Source of the DNA: Girardia tigrina
Lineage: Eukaryota
Direction: 5' to 3'
DNA: 53,033 bases
Assembly (NCBI GenBank): GCA_001938485.1
Contig: MQRK01239354.1
Coordinates: 1 to 53,033, forward strand
Positions 36,601-46,700 of this stretch are shown in pieces (position 1 is the first letter of the stretch; every line of letters starts with the position of its first letter). Both the position numbers and the translations under genes were made by a program. The notes below the pieces were generated by a model that was not told where the DNA came from, searched no databases, and saw nothing but the letters and a program-made list of their open reading frames with translations.

Positions 36601-39180
36601 AGATTCAAATAATTAATCAATAATATATCAATCCCATCTGAGTAAGAGAGTCACAAATCTAAACAGCATACAAACAACAAACTTACGCCATTCCGAATTT
36701 TCCCTCACAGCACTGACGCACGTTTCCACTTGGTCATGTGATTATATGGCGGAGCTGGTTTAACGAAAACTTTATCTGTGATCGCTAGCTTCTGATTTAT
36801 TTCAGTTTGCTGATGTTCTGGCCTCGGGTAAATGTTTGTGGCAACAGGAGCCTCATCTTTTGTCTGAAAACTATCGATGCCGGAATTACGCCTTCTGAAT
36901 TCGGTTTGACAGTACCTCACCAATGCTCCGGTAAACGGATCAGTGCATCCGCTTTGTTCCTCTCTAATAAGACGAGAATAATCTTTAGGATGAGCTGTTC
37001 CTCCTCGACCACCTGTTTAAAAAGCTCAACGCTGCGCCTAATTAAAAACTTACTGGGTGCCTGGAATCTGATAAGTCGCGCTCCGAATACCGTCGTCGTG
37101 AGCCACTTGTACACTGCCGGTAATTCCTTTAATAGCTCGATTTCTCTGAGTCCCATTTGAATCGTTGAGTTGTGCCAGATTTATGAGGCTGCAACAAGCA
37201 AGCGTCCTCAAAGACTGCCCCTCTAATCTCAATACACACTCCGATTGATTAAGAGCTGGCATCACAGCAGACTATGACCTTCTCAGTTTTTGAGATTTCC
37301 CAAGGGTCTTCTTCTGTGACTCTCTTTGCCAAACGTTTTGCCATTGTGGATACTTTTGGTTTGACTTCTATGTCCCAGTTCTCTCCTCCGACAACCTGCT
37401 TAATGATACTGAATGCTGGCCTCAACCATGCGCACACTGAAAAATGGCTTACCAGCCGCCCAGTCCACGTAAAGAGACTACAGAGAGTCAGTTCATCTGG
37501 GAGTTCCGGGACACCACGATCGAGCTGCTATTGAAGTGTCTAGTTAGCTTCCTCTTTGCCTGCCAATCCTAAAAAGTGACCACCATCTTGTTTCCACTGG
37601 TCAAATCACTAAAATACAGCCATCATACTCTCTATTGGAATCTTGGAAGTGTACACTACGATGTATTCATAGTGCCTGTCTGTGCTCGACTGACCTGCCA
37701 GATCTGATCCGAGCACAAATTGTAAGTTCTTCTGCATTGTAAGTTCTCCTCATCGATTTAAATGGCTTTAGCCATTCTACATTTCTAATCAAAGTTCTAC
37801 CATATTCGAATTGTAACTCTTAACTTCTATCGTGATTTAGTTTCAACACAATTTCCGGACCCGTGTAATGGTCATCTTCTTTTGATACATTTTCTTTTTT
37901 ATCAATACTCTGTCTCTGAATTCAAAAACTCTTCTTGTCTCTCCATTTTGTTCAACATTAACATGGCTTCCGTTAGTTTCTTTATTGTTCTTTCACAAAT
38001 GTCTTAATCGTCTCCAAAATATTATTTCAGTCGGTAAAACACCTGTCGTAGCTTGAACTGTACTATTCAACATACATTCTATTTCCGACAAAGCTTCTGT
38101 CCAATCTCTGTGGTCTCCGTCCTTCATTCTAATATTTATAGCATCTCTGATTGTCCGAAATAGTCTTTCCACTATCCCATTTGCATTATGATATGGTCTT
38201 GACTAGATTATCTGAACTTTGAACCTTTTAACTGTATCTTTGAACAAAGCCGATTCAAATGTTTTTCCTCTATCAACATGAATTTCTTTTGGAGGTCCAA
38301 ACTTCCATATCCATCTGTCCAATATCACTCTACGCACTGTCTTTTCATATTGACTAGCAACTGCATTCATGTTAATATATCTACTGAATTGGTCTACTAT
38401 TGTAAGTACGTATTGACATCCTTTTATGTTTCTTTTGAATTGTTCACAGAAGTCCATGTATATTTTCTGGAAAGGTTCATCTGCCGTCAACTTTATATGC
38501 TATTCTTTCTTTTTTGACAACGTAAACAACTTTGGACTATTTCTTTAATAAAATTTCTCATATTTTCCATGTCGAAATCTTCTCGAAGATAGTTATAGAC
38601 CTTTTTACTACCAGCATGGCACATTAGTTTGTGCCTCTCTTCAATAAAATCTGTTCGTTTTGTTTTTGAGATCCAGTATTTATTATCCTGAGTTTTCACG
38701 ATATCATTTTTAGTGTCCATTTTCTCATTTAAAAAATAAAAGTAACAAAAGCTTGACAAATCTACTGGCTGTTTTATGTTATCAAAAACAATATGTACCA
38801 TGTTTCTAACATTTTTAGATTGCTTTTGAGATTCCGGCAAATCAGTAGAAAGAATTTTTCTAAGAAACGTAATGATGTTTTAGAAAAAATGGAATTACTT
38901 GACAATAAACATGGTTAAAAATTAATTAATTTATTTTAAATTTAACTAAAAATTATATTTAGTACAAGACATAGTGAAGCATTTAGGTACATTCATGAAC
39001 ATTTTAAAACAATATTACAGTGATAATTATTCTGCCTGGAAGGGTGCTCAGATTTTTCCAATAGAAATAGATATCAGTAGTTTGACACATATTAATGAAG
39101 ATTTTAATGAAAGACTCGGAATGATGATCAATCATAAAAACATGGACGAAGACGATGAACTACTTAATTCAGATGATTAA
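5324..39180 (+). CDS. PICK1: PICK1 (PRKCA-binding protein; PDZ + BAR domain), 10 exons
   Basis: Exons join in phase at GT-AG junctions and reproduce PICK1 motifs in order: [131 protein letters not shown], acidic tail. Confidence 0.96.
5468..5708 (+). CDS. PICK1: PICK1 exon 2 (PDZ domain)
   Basis: [42 protein letters not shown]...KWIQKSE; donor GTGAAT at 5709. Confidence 0.95.
6693..6758. repeat. 66-bp near-perfect palindrome
   Basis: AGTGACATTTATGTGAATTACTAATGATAATTA followed directly by its reverse complement, with one mismatch. Confidence 0.9.
7500..7760 (-). mobile_element. Highly degenerate LINE (CR1/L2-like) RT fragment
   Basis: Weak remnants resembling DLxKAFDxVxH...YLS and GVPQG on the minus strand. 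Confidence 0.35.
8969..10764. mobile_element. Non-autonomous hAT-like element (host of the piggyBac insertion)
   Basis: Imperfect TIRs CAGGCGCGTACGCAG / CTACGTATACGCCTG; flanks GTCAGCAC and GTTATCAC match at 6 of 8 positions, consistent with a decayed 8-bp TSD. Confidence 0.6.
9338..10654 (+). mobile_element. piggyBac transposon, internally deleted; transposase pseudogene (PGBD4-like) 9449-10444
   Basis: TTAA TSDs (9334-9337, 10655-10658) and TIRs CCCTTTGACTACC / GGTAGTCAACGGG. Motifs [54 protein letters not shown], and a C-terminal Cys-rich domain. Internal stop at 9794-9796. Confidence 0.95.
10919..10985 (+). CDS. PICK1: PICK1 exon 3
   Basis: Acceptor TTTTAG; [22 protein letters not shown]; donor GTAAGT. 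Confidence 0.93.
11526..13230 (-). mobile_element. pogo/Tigger (Tc1-mariner superfamily) transposon with frameshifted transposase
   Basis: TA-flanked TIRs CAGTCAAAGTT / AACTTTGAATG; HTH-psq/CENP-B N-terminus ([13 protein letters not shown]); DDE motifs [26 protein letters not shown]. Confidence 0.92.
13550..15640 (+). mobile_element. Decayed DDE transposase (Zator-like), split by a solo LTR
   Basis: [51 protein letters not shown]. The frame PHDH|YGSHLD resumes after the insertion. Superfamily assignment is from memory of these motifs. Confidence 0.65.
14022..15167. mobile_element. Probable solo LTR (~1.15 kb) with 4-bp TSD ATCA
   Basis: ATCA at 14018-14021 and 15168-15171. Starts TGTTGG and ends CTTAAGA (CA mutated). 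Removing it restores the host transposase frame. Internal short tandem repeats at ~14525-14635. Confidence 0.7.
16110..16430 (-). mobile_element. CGGBP1-like/hAT transposase N-terminal fragment (BED-like zinc finger)
   Basis: [19 protein letters not shown] and [26 protein letters not shown] in two frames. Confidence 0.55.
16869..16949 (+). CDS. PICK1: PICK1 exon 4 (5' part hidden in N gap)
   Basis: [26 protein letters not shown]; donor GTAATT at 16950. Confidence 0.92.
18600..19170 (-). mobile_element. Degenerate pogo/Tigger transposase C-terminal fragment
   Basis: [15 protein letters not shown]...TIQRCF resembles the pogo AWxxVxxxTIxxCF motif. Confidence 0.4.
19240..23110 (-). mobile_element. 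Non-LTR retrotransposon (RTE-like LINE), degenerate, interrupted by a mariner and a gap
   Basis: RT remnants [10 protein letters not shown] (~22100), GVRQG-like/HLFNL (~21930) and [11 protein letters not shown] (~20330), plus a C-terminal C2H2-like [10 protein letters not shown]...HEKRSH (~19500-19580). Confidence 0.75.
20389..21259 (-). mobile_element. mariner transposon (DD34D), other end in gap
   Basis: TA plus TIR TTAGGTTGGTCGAAAAATAATGGCGGTTTTT. ORF 20556-21236 carries [14 protein letters not shown] and [13 protein letters not shown]. Confidence 0.95.
23141..23181 (-). ncRNA. Minimal type I hammerhead ribozyme, family A copy 1
   Basis: Minus strand GAC-CUGAUGA-U-GGGAU..AUCUC-GAAAC-GC-GUC-GUC: both core boxes, stem II, palindromic stem III ACGCGU, GUC triplet. 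Confidence 0.85.
23700..23740 (-). ncRNA. Minimal hammerhead ribozyme, family A copy 2
   Basis: Core identical to copy 1, 559 nt away across a gap. Confidence 0.85.
23856..23897 (+). ncRNA. Minimal hammerhead ribozyme, family B copy 1
   Basis: AUUG-CUGAUGA-U-GAUGU(AUAUAA)ACAUC-GAAAC-AU-GUC-CAAU: stem I AUUG/CAAU, 5-bp stem II, palindromic ACAUGU. Confidence 0.88.
24160..26375 (+). mobile_element. Decayed hAT transposase (ZMYM1/ZNF862-like)
   Basis: [12 protein letters not shown] (CxxH-type motif), NTRW, and dimerization domain [22 protein letters not shown]. Terminal-like sequence GGGAACATTG at ~26370. Confidence 0.75.
27078..27194 (+). CDS. PICK1: PICK1 exon 5 (BAR domain, 117 nt, phase 1-1)
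   Basis: [39 protein letters not shown] between a TTTAG acceptor and a GTAATT donor. Confidence 0.9.
27510..27552 (-). ncRNA. Degenerate hammerhead ribozyme (family E)
   Basis: Minus strand UUGAAGA-C-GGUCA..UGAUC-GAAAC-AU-GUC; the first core C is mutated. Confidence 0.55.
27633..27663. repeat. (TA)n microsatellite; others at 1-21, 21784-21824, 23114-23128, 23938-23978, 49772-49800
   Basis: Directly visible dinucleotide runs. Confidence 0.95.
27702..27731. repeat. Degenerate (CCCTAA)5 telomere-like repeat
   Basis: CCTTAA CCCTAA CACTAA CCCTTA CCCTAA. Confidence 0.7.
27875..27917 (+). ncRNA. Minimal hammerhead ribozyme, family B copy 2 (GUU triplet)
   Basis: AUUG-CUGAUGA-U-GAUGU..ACAUC-GAAAC-AU-GUU-CAAU. 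Confidence 0.8.
28255..29995 (+). mobile_element. Gag-only retroelement remnant flanked by ~240-bp diverged direct repeats
   Basis: Repeats at 28255-28493 and 29433-29995 (the second carries a ~325-bp insertion). Between them: gag-like [21 protein letters not shown] and two zinc knuckles ([13 protein letters not shown]; [10 protein letters not shown]). Confidence 0.65.
29642..29748. repeat. 43-bp inverted repeat derived from a Penelope terminus
   Basis: Arms 29642-29684 and 29706-29748; the sequence matches the PLE terminus at ~45442-45525. Confidence 0.85.
30100..30410 (-). mobile_element. Possible hAT dimerization-domain fragment
   Basis: [10 protein letters not shown]...[16 protein letters not shown] resembles the region preceding the hAT ERxFS motif. 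Confidence 0.35.
31415..32200 (+). mobile_element. MULE (Mutator-like) transposase pseudogene with FLYWCH-type finger
   Basis: IHWGCNK...HNH; [18 protein letters not shown]; [20 protein letters not shown]. Confidence 0.8.
33694..33827 (+). CDS. PICK1: PICK1 exon 6
   Basis: [45 protein letters not shown]; a 48-nt intron follows. Confidence 0.9.
33876..33968 (+). CDS. PICK1: PICK1 exon 7
   Basis: [31 protein letters not shown]; AAG acceptor, GTAAAT donor. Confidence 0.9.
34453..34553 (+). CDS. PICK1: PICK1 exon 8
   Basis: [34 protein letters not shown]. Confidence 0.95.
34648..35797 (-). mobile_element. mariner transposon with both TIRs (centre in gap)
   Basis: TA-flanked TIRs TTAGGGGTACCCAAATGTTATGTCG at both ends; [18 protein letters not shown]...[12 protein letters not shown]. 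Confidence 0.95.
35800..37740 (-). mobile_element. Degenerate Gypsy-like LTR retrotransposon (RT/RNase H/integrase tail)
   Basis: VIVCCDASS (RNase H), INLAQL, NKADAL, VEVDG..YHVSH. Purine tract followed by TGTGA at ~35920-35900 suggests the PPT/3' LTR junction. Confidence 0.75.
37740..38730 (-). mobile_element. Gypsy-type integrase fragment (second family)
   Basis: [13 protein letters not shown] zinc finger; [43 protein letters not shown]. Confidence 0.88.
38819..38913 (+). CDS. PICK1: PICK1 exon 9
   Basis: [31 protein letters not shown]; a 49-nt intron follows. Confidence 0.93.
38963..39180 (+). CDS. PICK1: PICK1 exon 10 (terminal)
   Basis: [38 protein letters not shown]...[14 protein letters not shown]. 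Confidence 0.92.
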
Positions 39181-40373
39181 TTTAAAAACTTTGAAAGTTG
39201 CATGTGAAATCAATCAGTATTTTTATCAGTTATTTTTTTATTATTTTTCAGAACTGGTCTTTATTTTATTAGTTGTAATTTATTTATTCAATCTAACATT
39301 TGTTTATAGTTATTAATATTCAGAATATAAATTATTTTTGTATATATTTTAATTTATCCATTATATTATTATGTAAACATATTAAGATCATTTATCAATG
39401 TGAATTAAATTACCTTAGATGGTTTGCAGTTCTATTTTGCAATAGATATTTCCTAACTCAACGCAAAATGGATAAACTAAAATTCATCATAAGCATTGTT
39501 TAAAAAACAAGGATAAATCAATTTATATTGAAACGTTTTATTATTGAATCTAATTTAATAATAGCACATTTAAAAGCATGACAAAAATGTAATGCATATT
39601 TTTACGAGATACAACCAAACAATAGTATTTAGCAGCAATTTACATTTTTCTGATTGATTATTGAGTTTGTATGTTTTTTTGTAAATATTATATTATTTTC
39701 AAGTGACTCTCATAACTCTTAAAGTTAATTAATCTAAAAGATTATTTATTAAATTTAAATTTTGTATATTAAATGTAATTGAAACTAAAAGTAGATCGTA
39801 TTAAAATATATTTTGAAAAAGGTATTTTATTTTATATTAATAAAACTATTGTTTAAATAATAACAGCCTTTAAACGACCGACATGTAGCATCCTAACAGG
39901 GGTCTTGAGGTCCCCAATAGTATTTTACCTTTTTATGTCATGAATAGCTAAATAATTAATAGTTTGTGATAATAACTGAATATTTTTACATTATGTTGTA
40001 AAAATTAAAAAAACACTAAATTTTCTTTACTAAAAATATAAATATAAATTATAATTCAAATGTTTCTAAAATATATATTTCATTCGTAGTACAACGTAAT
40101 TAGACATAAAGATGATTTTACTTAGTAATTATCTATATTTATTTCTTGTAAAGACAATTCAATATATTTTGATTATATTGATTATATGTTTTATGTTTTA
40201 TGATGTACTTTCATACTTTATAATTTTTAATGTGATTTTTTTATTCTATATCTGTTATTTTTATATTAATATTAGTATAAACTAGTCTTAAGTTGTATGT
40301 TATAGTTAGGGAAATGTTAGTAAGGAAACCAACTAATCCAATAGGAATTAATGTAAGTTTCTTTGTTTTAAAT

Positions 40374-41480
40374 CAGGGGTGGCTAACTCAAATGACCTTA
40401 CGGATCACTTTAGAAAACTATCTGAACTCTGCGGGCCGCATTTAAAATTATATATGTTCATATTAAATTTTAACCCGGTGGTGCTGTTATTAAAATAACA
40501 AAAAATCAATTTGTAAAACAAATTTCATCTGTTTAAAATTGCATCTCTAAAGTCGGTTCATTCAAAAATAAAATTTGACTTTTTTCGATTTTGAGTTTAT
40601 TTATTTCTCAATGCAAGGATTATCAACATTGTATCGATCTAATACAAAATTAACACCGTTTTTATAGAGTCTGTATACATAGATAATAAACGATGTCGAA
40701 AAGAAATGTCAACGTTCAACAGATTAGATCGGTCCGATCAAGTCCGATTCCACAGCACTCGACCAGATGACGCACTGCTGATCAACGCGACCCAGCCAGT
40801 TTGGCTCAACGGTATCGTGCGTGTGGATTGACTGAACCATCACTATCTGAGCTGGTGGTACTTGCCGTCACATGGGTGATAATTTTCTACTGAGAGTTGT
40901 TGCCAATCGATCGTAGTGCCGGCATATACTAGCGCACCGACCGGTGACCGACGAGCTCTATGAGGCTTCGAGCGTTATCGGCACTTCCGATCACTGCTCG
41001 ATCCAGTGGCCGGCACCTCAAACCCACTAATAAATATTTTTTCGGTGTGAAAATATGAAACATAATGAGTTAATATTATTGTGTTTGCTAACATTCTTAC
41101 ATATTAACATATAATATAATAATAATAATATAATATAAAAATAATGACACTAAATGCGCATTGTAAACAAGTAATAAATATAAATAAAATTAAATGTCAT
41201 TAAAACATATTTATTTAACTAGTGCGATATTTGTTTCTCCATTATTTCACTTAACTCTTGCAAATCGATTTCTTTTAGGCTCAGCGCTATGTTTGACCCT
41301 GTTTTATGTTTAATCAATTTCATCTTCGAAAAAAACCATTCGCAGGTGTAAGTTGAACCTAAAACCCTAACAACATTTGGTGCCAGATTTCTCAAATTCG
41401 AAAATTTCTCTTTTTGTGACGTAAGTATTGTAAAAATCTATTTTTGATTCTGATGTTTCAAAAATGTGTTTTAATTCAAT
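40374..41480 (-). mobile_element. hAT (Charlie/Buster-type) remnant
   Basis: TIR-like CAGGGGTGGCTAAC...GCGGGCCGCA; dimerization motif GSTYTCEWFFSKMKLIK at ~41310-41365. Confidence 0.7.
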
Positions 41481-43340
41481 ATTGTATTGTACATCAACCA
41501 GTTACATTTGAAGATATCATGGAAGCGACTCAATTTCAACTCGAGGGAGATGAATATATTTCAAAAATGTTGTGTTTGTTTAATTCTAAATTACGGAATT
41601 GGAGTTCATTGGATTTGTGTTTTTAAAGGCCACCCGAGGACTTTTGGTACAGACTAAGTATAATAGTCACATAAAAACATGAATAACTTTTGACTAAGCC
41701 TGGTACAATAATAAAGAAAAATTCACCGAGAAAACAACAACTTACTGTTACAATTACACAAAATTCGTGGATAAAGCCTTTTATTGAACTGCGCCAAGCA
41801 ATTACACAAAATCTAAGCCAAACAAAAACAGTCACCTGGTTCATTATCTTACCCAAGTGACAATTTTAATATATTTACGGTGCAACCAAAATAGTTTCGT
41901 TATAGTTTTTTAGTTGATTCCGTTTCTGTTGTTTCTGTTTTCCATAGATTCATCACACCAAATTCTTTCAATGACAAAAACACTAAGCTTAAAGCAGCTA
42001 ATGGAACTGCAATCAAAACATTTGGCACAAGAAATTTTAACATTGAATTTAAATTACACAAATAATACTTTGAATTTCATTATCGTCCCAAGAGCCATTA
42101 CATGAGCATATTTCTTAAGCAAATTTGATTAACTAGTAGATTCCAAGAACCAAAAGATCATCAGTCGCAACAATAATTCAGCTAACAACAATTTACACAA
42201 CACAAACTAAAAGTCAAATTACCAAAATATTAACTTCATACCAAAAACCAAACATTTTTTCCAATTAAATTTATAATCACATTGAACAATATATCACTAG
42301 TAAACCATTACATCACAATACTTACAAACCAAAAACTTTAGAAACATAGCTAACCAACAAGCACTACAGGAAACAAGCATACAATACAAGTATAATCAAA
42401 TAGATTCTAGTCCTACAAAAAATGAACATTCAACAAGCTAAAAGAATTTCTAGACAAAAAATTCTTGAATTAGATTGATATAAAACAGTAAATTACAATT
42501 AACGATAAAACTAAAGAAAAACAGTTGAATAACAAATATTTTCTTCAAAAATGCATGAATAAATCAAAAATAATCGACGAAAATATTACGAAATTTTCAA
42601 CAATTGACCAAATAATCGCACATGGACTACCAGTCCTTTCAAAAGGCAGAATGCTGTCAATTGATAAATTTGTTAAAGGAAAAATTATATTTGAAGAACT
42701 GTTAGACATAAACATTTATAAGACATTACTCTTCTAATTGGTCCTTACTTTTACTAATGAAAAATAAAAAGACGATTATTGGCGTTGTTGCAGTGATTAC
42801 CAACGCCTCAATGCAATATCCATCAAAGACGAATACGCAATTCCTCTGAATAGTGATGTTACAATCAGACGTGGGTCAGAGGAAATCTTTAGTAAAATTG
42901 ATTTAGAAAAAGCCTATGACCAAATACCCGTGGCGGAAGACAATATTAAAAAGACGGCAATTCTTACTCCATTCGAGCTATATGAATATATAAAGAAGCC
43001 ATTTGGTTACAAAATGCAACATCTACATTCCAAAGACTGATTAATATTTTATTTGGTAAATTGAATTATTTAGTTGTTTACTTAGCAGACATTTTAATTG
43101 CTAGTGCAAATATCGAAGACCCCAAATCATATAGCACTGCATTAATAAACATACTCAACACAAACGGTTTCATCAATTAAATGGAAATATTCGAATTCAA
43201 CAAACAAAAAATTAATATTTTTAGGTTATCTCATTGAACAAGGTAATACTTCATCAATTTCTGAAAAATTAAGCATCATTCAACATTTAAAACCACGTAA
43301 GACAGTTCAAGAAATTAGACTTTTTGTGGTATGGCGAACC
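41480..43340 (+). mobile_element. Degenerate Ty3/Gypsy gag-pol
   Basis: RT: WRCCSDYQRLNAISIKDEYAIP, FSKIDLEKAYDQIPV, KTAILTPFELYEY, TFQRLI, VYLADILIAS. Confidence 0.85.
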
Positions 43341-43799
43341 ATTTATTTTAATAATATTATATAACTTTTAAATTATAAAAATGTGCAATGAATTCTTTAA
43401 ACATTTAATATTTTATAAATAAATAATTTTCAGTAAGTAATAAATACTCTAAAATATGAGCCTCCTTATTTATTCAATGTAGTTAAACACTCTTAAATTT
43501 TTGTGATATTTGTTATGTAATCACATAATTCAGTTTTTTATCAATTAAGTTGCAAGAAATTTTCATTTAGTTAATTAAGACATCTAAATTTTAAATTTAA
43601 TTTTAAAAATATTTATTTAATGCCAATCGTTTCAAAATAAAGTTTTCTTTCTAAAAAACATTACAATATTGAATTGATCATTTTCAAAATATATTCCGTT
43701 ATATTTAATAATTATTTATCGTTATCATTTGTTTTAATAATTAATAATTTATTATGCTAACTTGAATTATCATATCTATCGATATATTTATATGTATAT

Positions 43800-46700
43800 A
43801 TGGAAACGGATAACATGTCATTAAATGATTTAAAACTTTTGGACCATGGAGGTCAAAGCAGAATCTTTTTTGGTCGAATGAATAGTATACATTTTGATGA
43901 AGAAAAAGAAGTTGTAGCTAAAGAAATTAATGATGCAAATGAATTGTTAATTGATAGAGAAGTTGAATGAAAAATTTATTTTAAACCAACTTAACAAAAC
44001 GATTTAGTTACGAATCAAAAGCTTACAACATCCTAACATCGTTCAAGTTTATGGTTACGTTGAATCTCCGAAACGTTTTATTCTTTTCGAATACATCAAA
44101 GACGGAGATTTAGAGAAATGTATAAATGATAATTATGAATTGTTAAAAGAAAACGTCTTGACGAAAATAAAAGGATTAATTGAAGGTACGTTTCCATGGT
44201 GACTGGGAAATTTGCTTTTAATGGAGTGTTCTAGGTATCAATTTTGTGCATAACTCAGGCATTCTTCATTTAGATCTTCATCCGAGAAATGGTAATGTTT
44301 ATAGCAAATAATGTGACTTATTTTAATCCATTAAGTACTCGTTTCTTGCAACCATCCCAGTCCGATCTTGAAAGTTAAATTTTACTAATGAGAAATATTT
44401 ATATTATTTAATTTTGATGCTAGATTTGTGATTTTGGATTGTCGGAAGTTGAGCAACCCGATACAGTTTTCGATTCCGTTGTTGGACGTCCCGGTTATGT
44501 TTCTCCTGAGGTTTTTTCTTTAATTATTCACTGGTTCTCGTTTAAATATGTCATTTAGTAACTCTTATTAGAGTTCTATATGAAAGTTAATATGTTAAAA
44601 TGAATTTAAAATCGACTAACCATTCAGAATGGATTTTATATGCATTTAAATAGATCCTTAATCATTAATATGTCTACATCCGTTTTCTTTTTATAGGGCG
44701 TTGTGCCGAGGGCTTCAATGTTTTTCCCTTTCCCGAAAATCCAGGAAATTGCGGGAATGGGGATAAAAATTTTACAATTTTGTATTCCCGGGAATGGGAT
44801 TGGAAATTTGAGATTGATTTTGAATAGATTATAAATGACACCTTATCCTTTTTTACACACCTTGATATTGCCGCACGAATTCTTTTTTAACGTTTTTTTT
44901 TATTTTACGCGATTTCAGTATAAAAAAATTTTTTAAATCAGCTTTAAGCAGTGATTGTGTCATCAATGGATTGTTGTGTCATCTAAACACGCTCAATAGG
45001 GTTTTTTGAAAGACCCATTTGCACATTAATCTTAGGCTCTAAAGATCTGATATAAAGTGCTTCACAGTCCACCCTCTCCCAATAATTCTTAAACCGAGAA
45101 CACAGAATTTTAAAGTTATTTATGTTTATATTTTCGTTTGAATTACAACCCTTTCTGTGCTCTGCTATATTACTCCCACCTACATTCCGACCGTGTTCTT
45201 GAATTCTCCTACATAGATGACGGGACGTCTCTCCAATGTATGTGGCATTACACCCATAACATGTAAATTTTTATACGAGATCCTTCATAAAGATTTATTG
45301 GGACGAAAATTGTACATACAGCTGCGCATTACAGAATATATTGTTCAAAATAAGAGACCGTTAGTGCATCAACCAACACAAGATAATACAAACTGTGAGA
45401 TATTATGATGAAATTGCGAAAATATTATAAATATAATTTATTAATAAGAAATTTAAAAAATAATGGCAAAATTTTATAATCCAGAACGCCATTAAACTCA
45501 AATTTTATTGTCGCAATATATTTCGGTGGATTTTCCACCATCTTCAGGCTGAATTAACATCAATTTTGTTGTCTTATATATAGCAAATTGATGATTATGC
45601 AAACATCTTGCCTAATAACTAATTAAATATTTTCAACAAATTGGATGAGAGACTTGTTTGTACATTAATGGACGGATTAAGTGATTTAATCAATAATGCC
45701 TCACAAGTAACTCTTTCCCAATAATTTTTAAAATGACTACACAATATTTTAAAATTAGTTGTTTTCACCTCCGACTTACAACCCTTCATGTATCCAGCAA
45801 TATTACTCCCATTACCCAATCGTCCATGCTCCTGAATCCGTTTACAGAGATGACGAGACGTCTCTCCAATGTATGTAGCGTTGCACCCATTACACNNNNN
45901 NNNNNNNNNNNNNNNNNNNNNNNNNNNNNNNNNNNNNNNNNNNNNNNNNNNNNNNNNNNNNNNNNNNNNNNNNNNNNNNNNNNNNNNNNNNNNNNNNNNN
46001 NNNNNNNNNNNNATTGATTTTAAAATAGACGATTTAAATTTTTTGTAACCTTCTGAATAAGGAACGATTAGCGTATATCCAATATTAGAATTTTCATTAG
46101 ATAATTTATCGGGTTTTAATTCGCCTTTACCCTCATATTCTTTATTCATTAATTTATCTATCGTCTCATTAGTTAGTTTCTCTAAAAAGGATTTTGAATA
46201 TCCATTTTTCAGCAATAGTTCTGTTAGTTTATCTATGCTTGCATCTGCCTTTTCATATGTCGATGATAGAGACCAACACCTAAATAACAGACCCTTTATC
46301 ATACTTCTATTATACTTAGGTTCACAGAAGCTTTTAGTAGTAGTATATAACCCTGTATCTGTTTTCTTTCTATAAATCTGTCTCGTAACGACTCCCTTTT
46401 CTCTCAATTAATAAATCTAAAAATGGTAAAACACCATTCTTCTCAAGCTCAACCGTGAAAACAATATTAGAATGAAGGGAATCCATTAATGTCCAAACAA
46501 GTCTCTCTTCCAATTTGTTGAAAATATTTAATTAGTTATTACGCAAGATGTTTGCATAATCATCATTTCGCTACATATAAGACAGCGAAATTGTTGTTAA
46601 TTCAGCCTGAAGATGGTGGAAAATCCACCGAAATATATATTGCGACAATAAAATTTGAGTTTAATGGCGTTCTGGATTAAATAATTTATTGTATATTTTT

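Larger units (their letters stand above)
45440..46680 (-). mobile_element. Penelope-like element, 5'-truncated, with inverted pLTR
   Basis: RT thumb (FTVELEKNGVLPFLD, YRKKTDTGLY) plus GIY-YIG (CNATYIGETSRHL..RIQEH, EALLIKSLNPSIN). 45480-45612 is repeated inverted at ~46543-46678. Confidence 0.92.

Noticed and set aside
38730-38840. ORF 38493-38840 as a gene overlapping PICK1 exon 9 antisense
   Set aside because: The integrase similarity ends near 38730; the extension is a fortuitous open frame.
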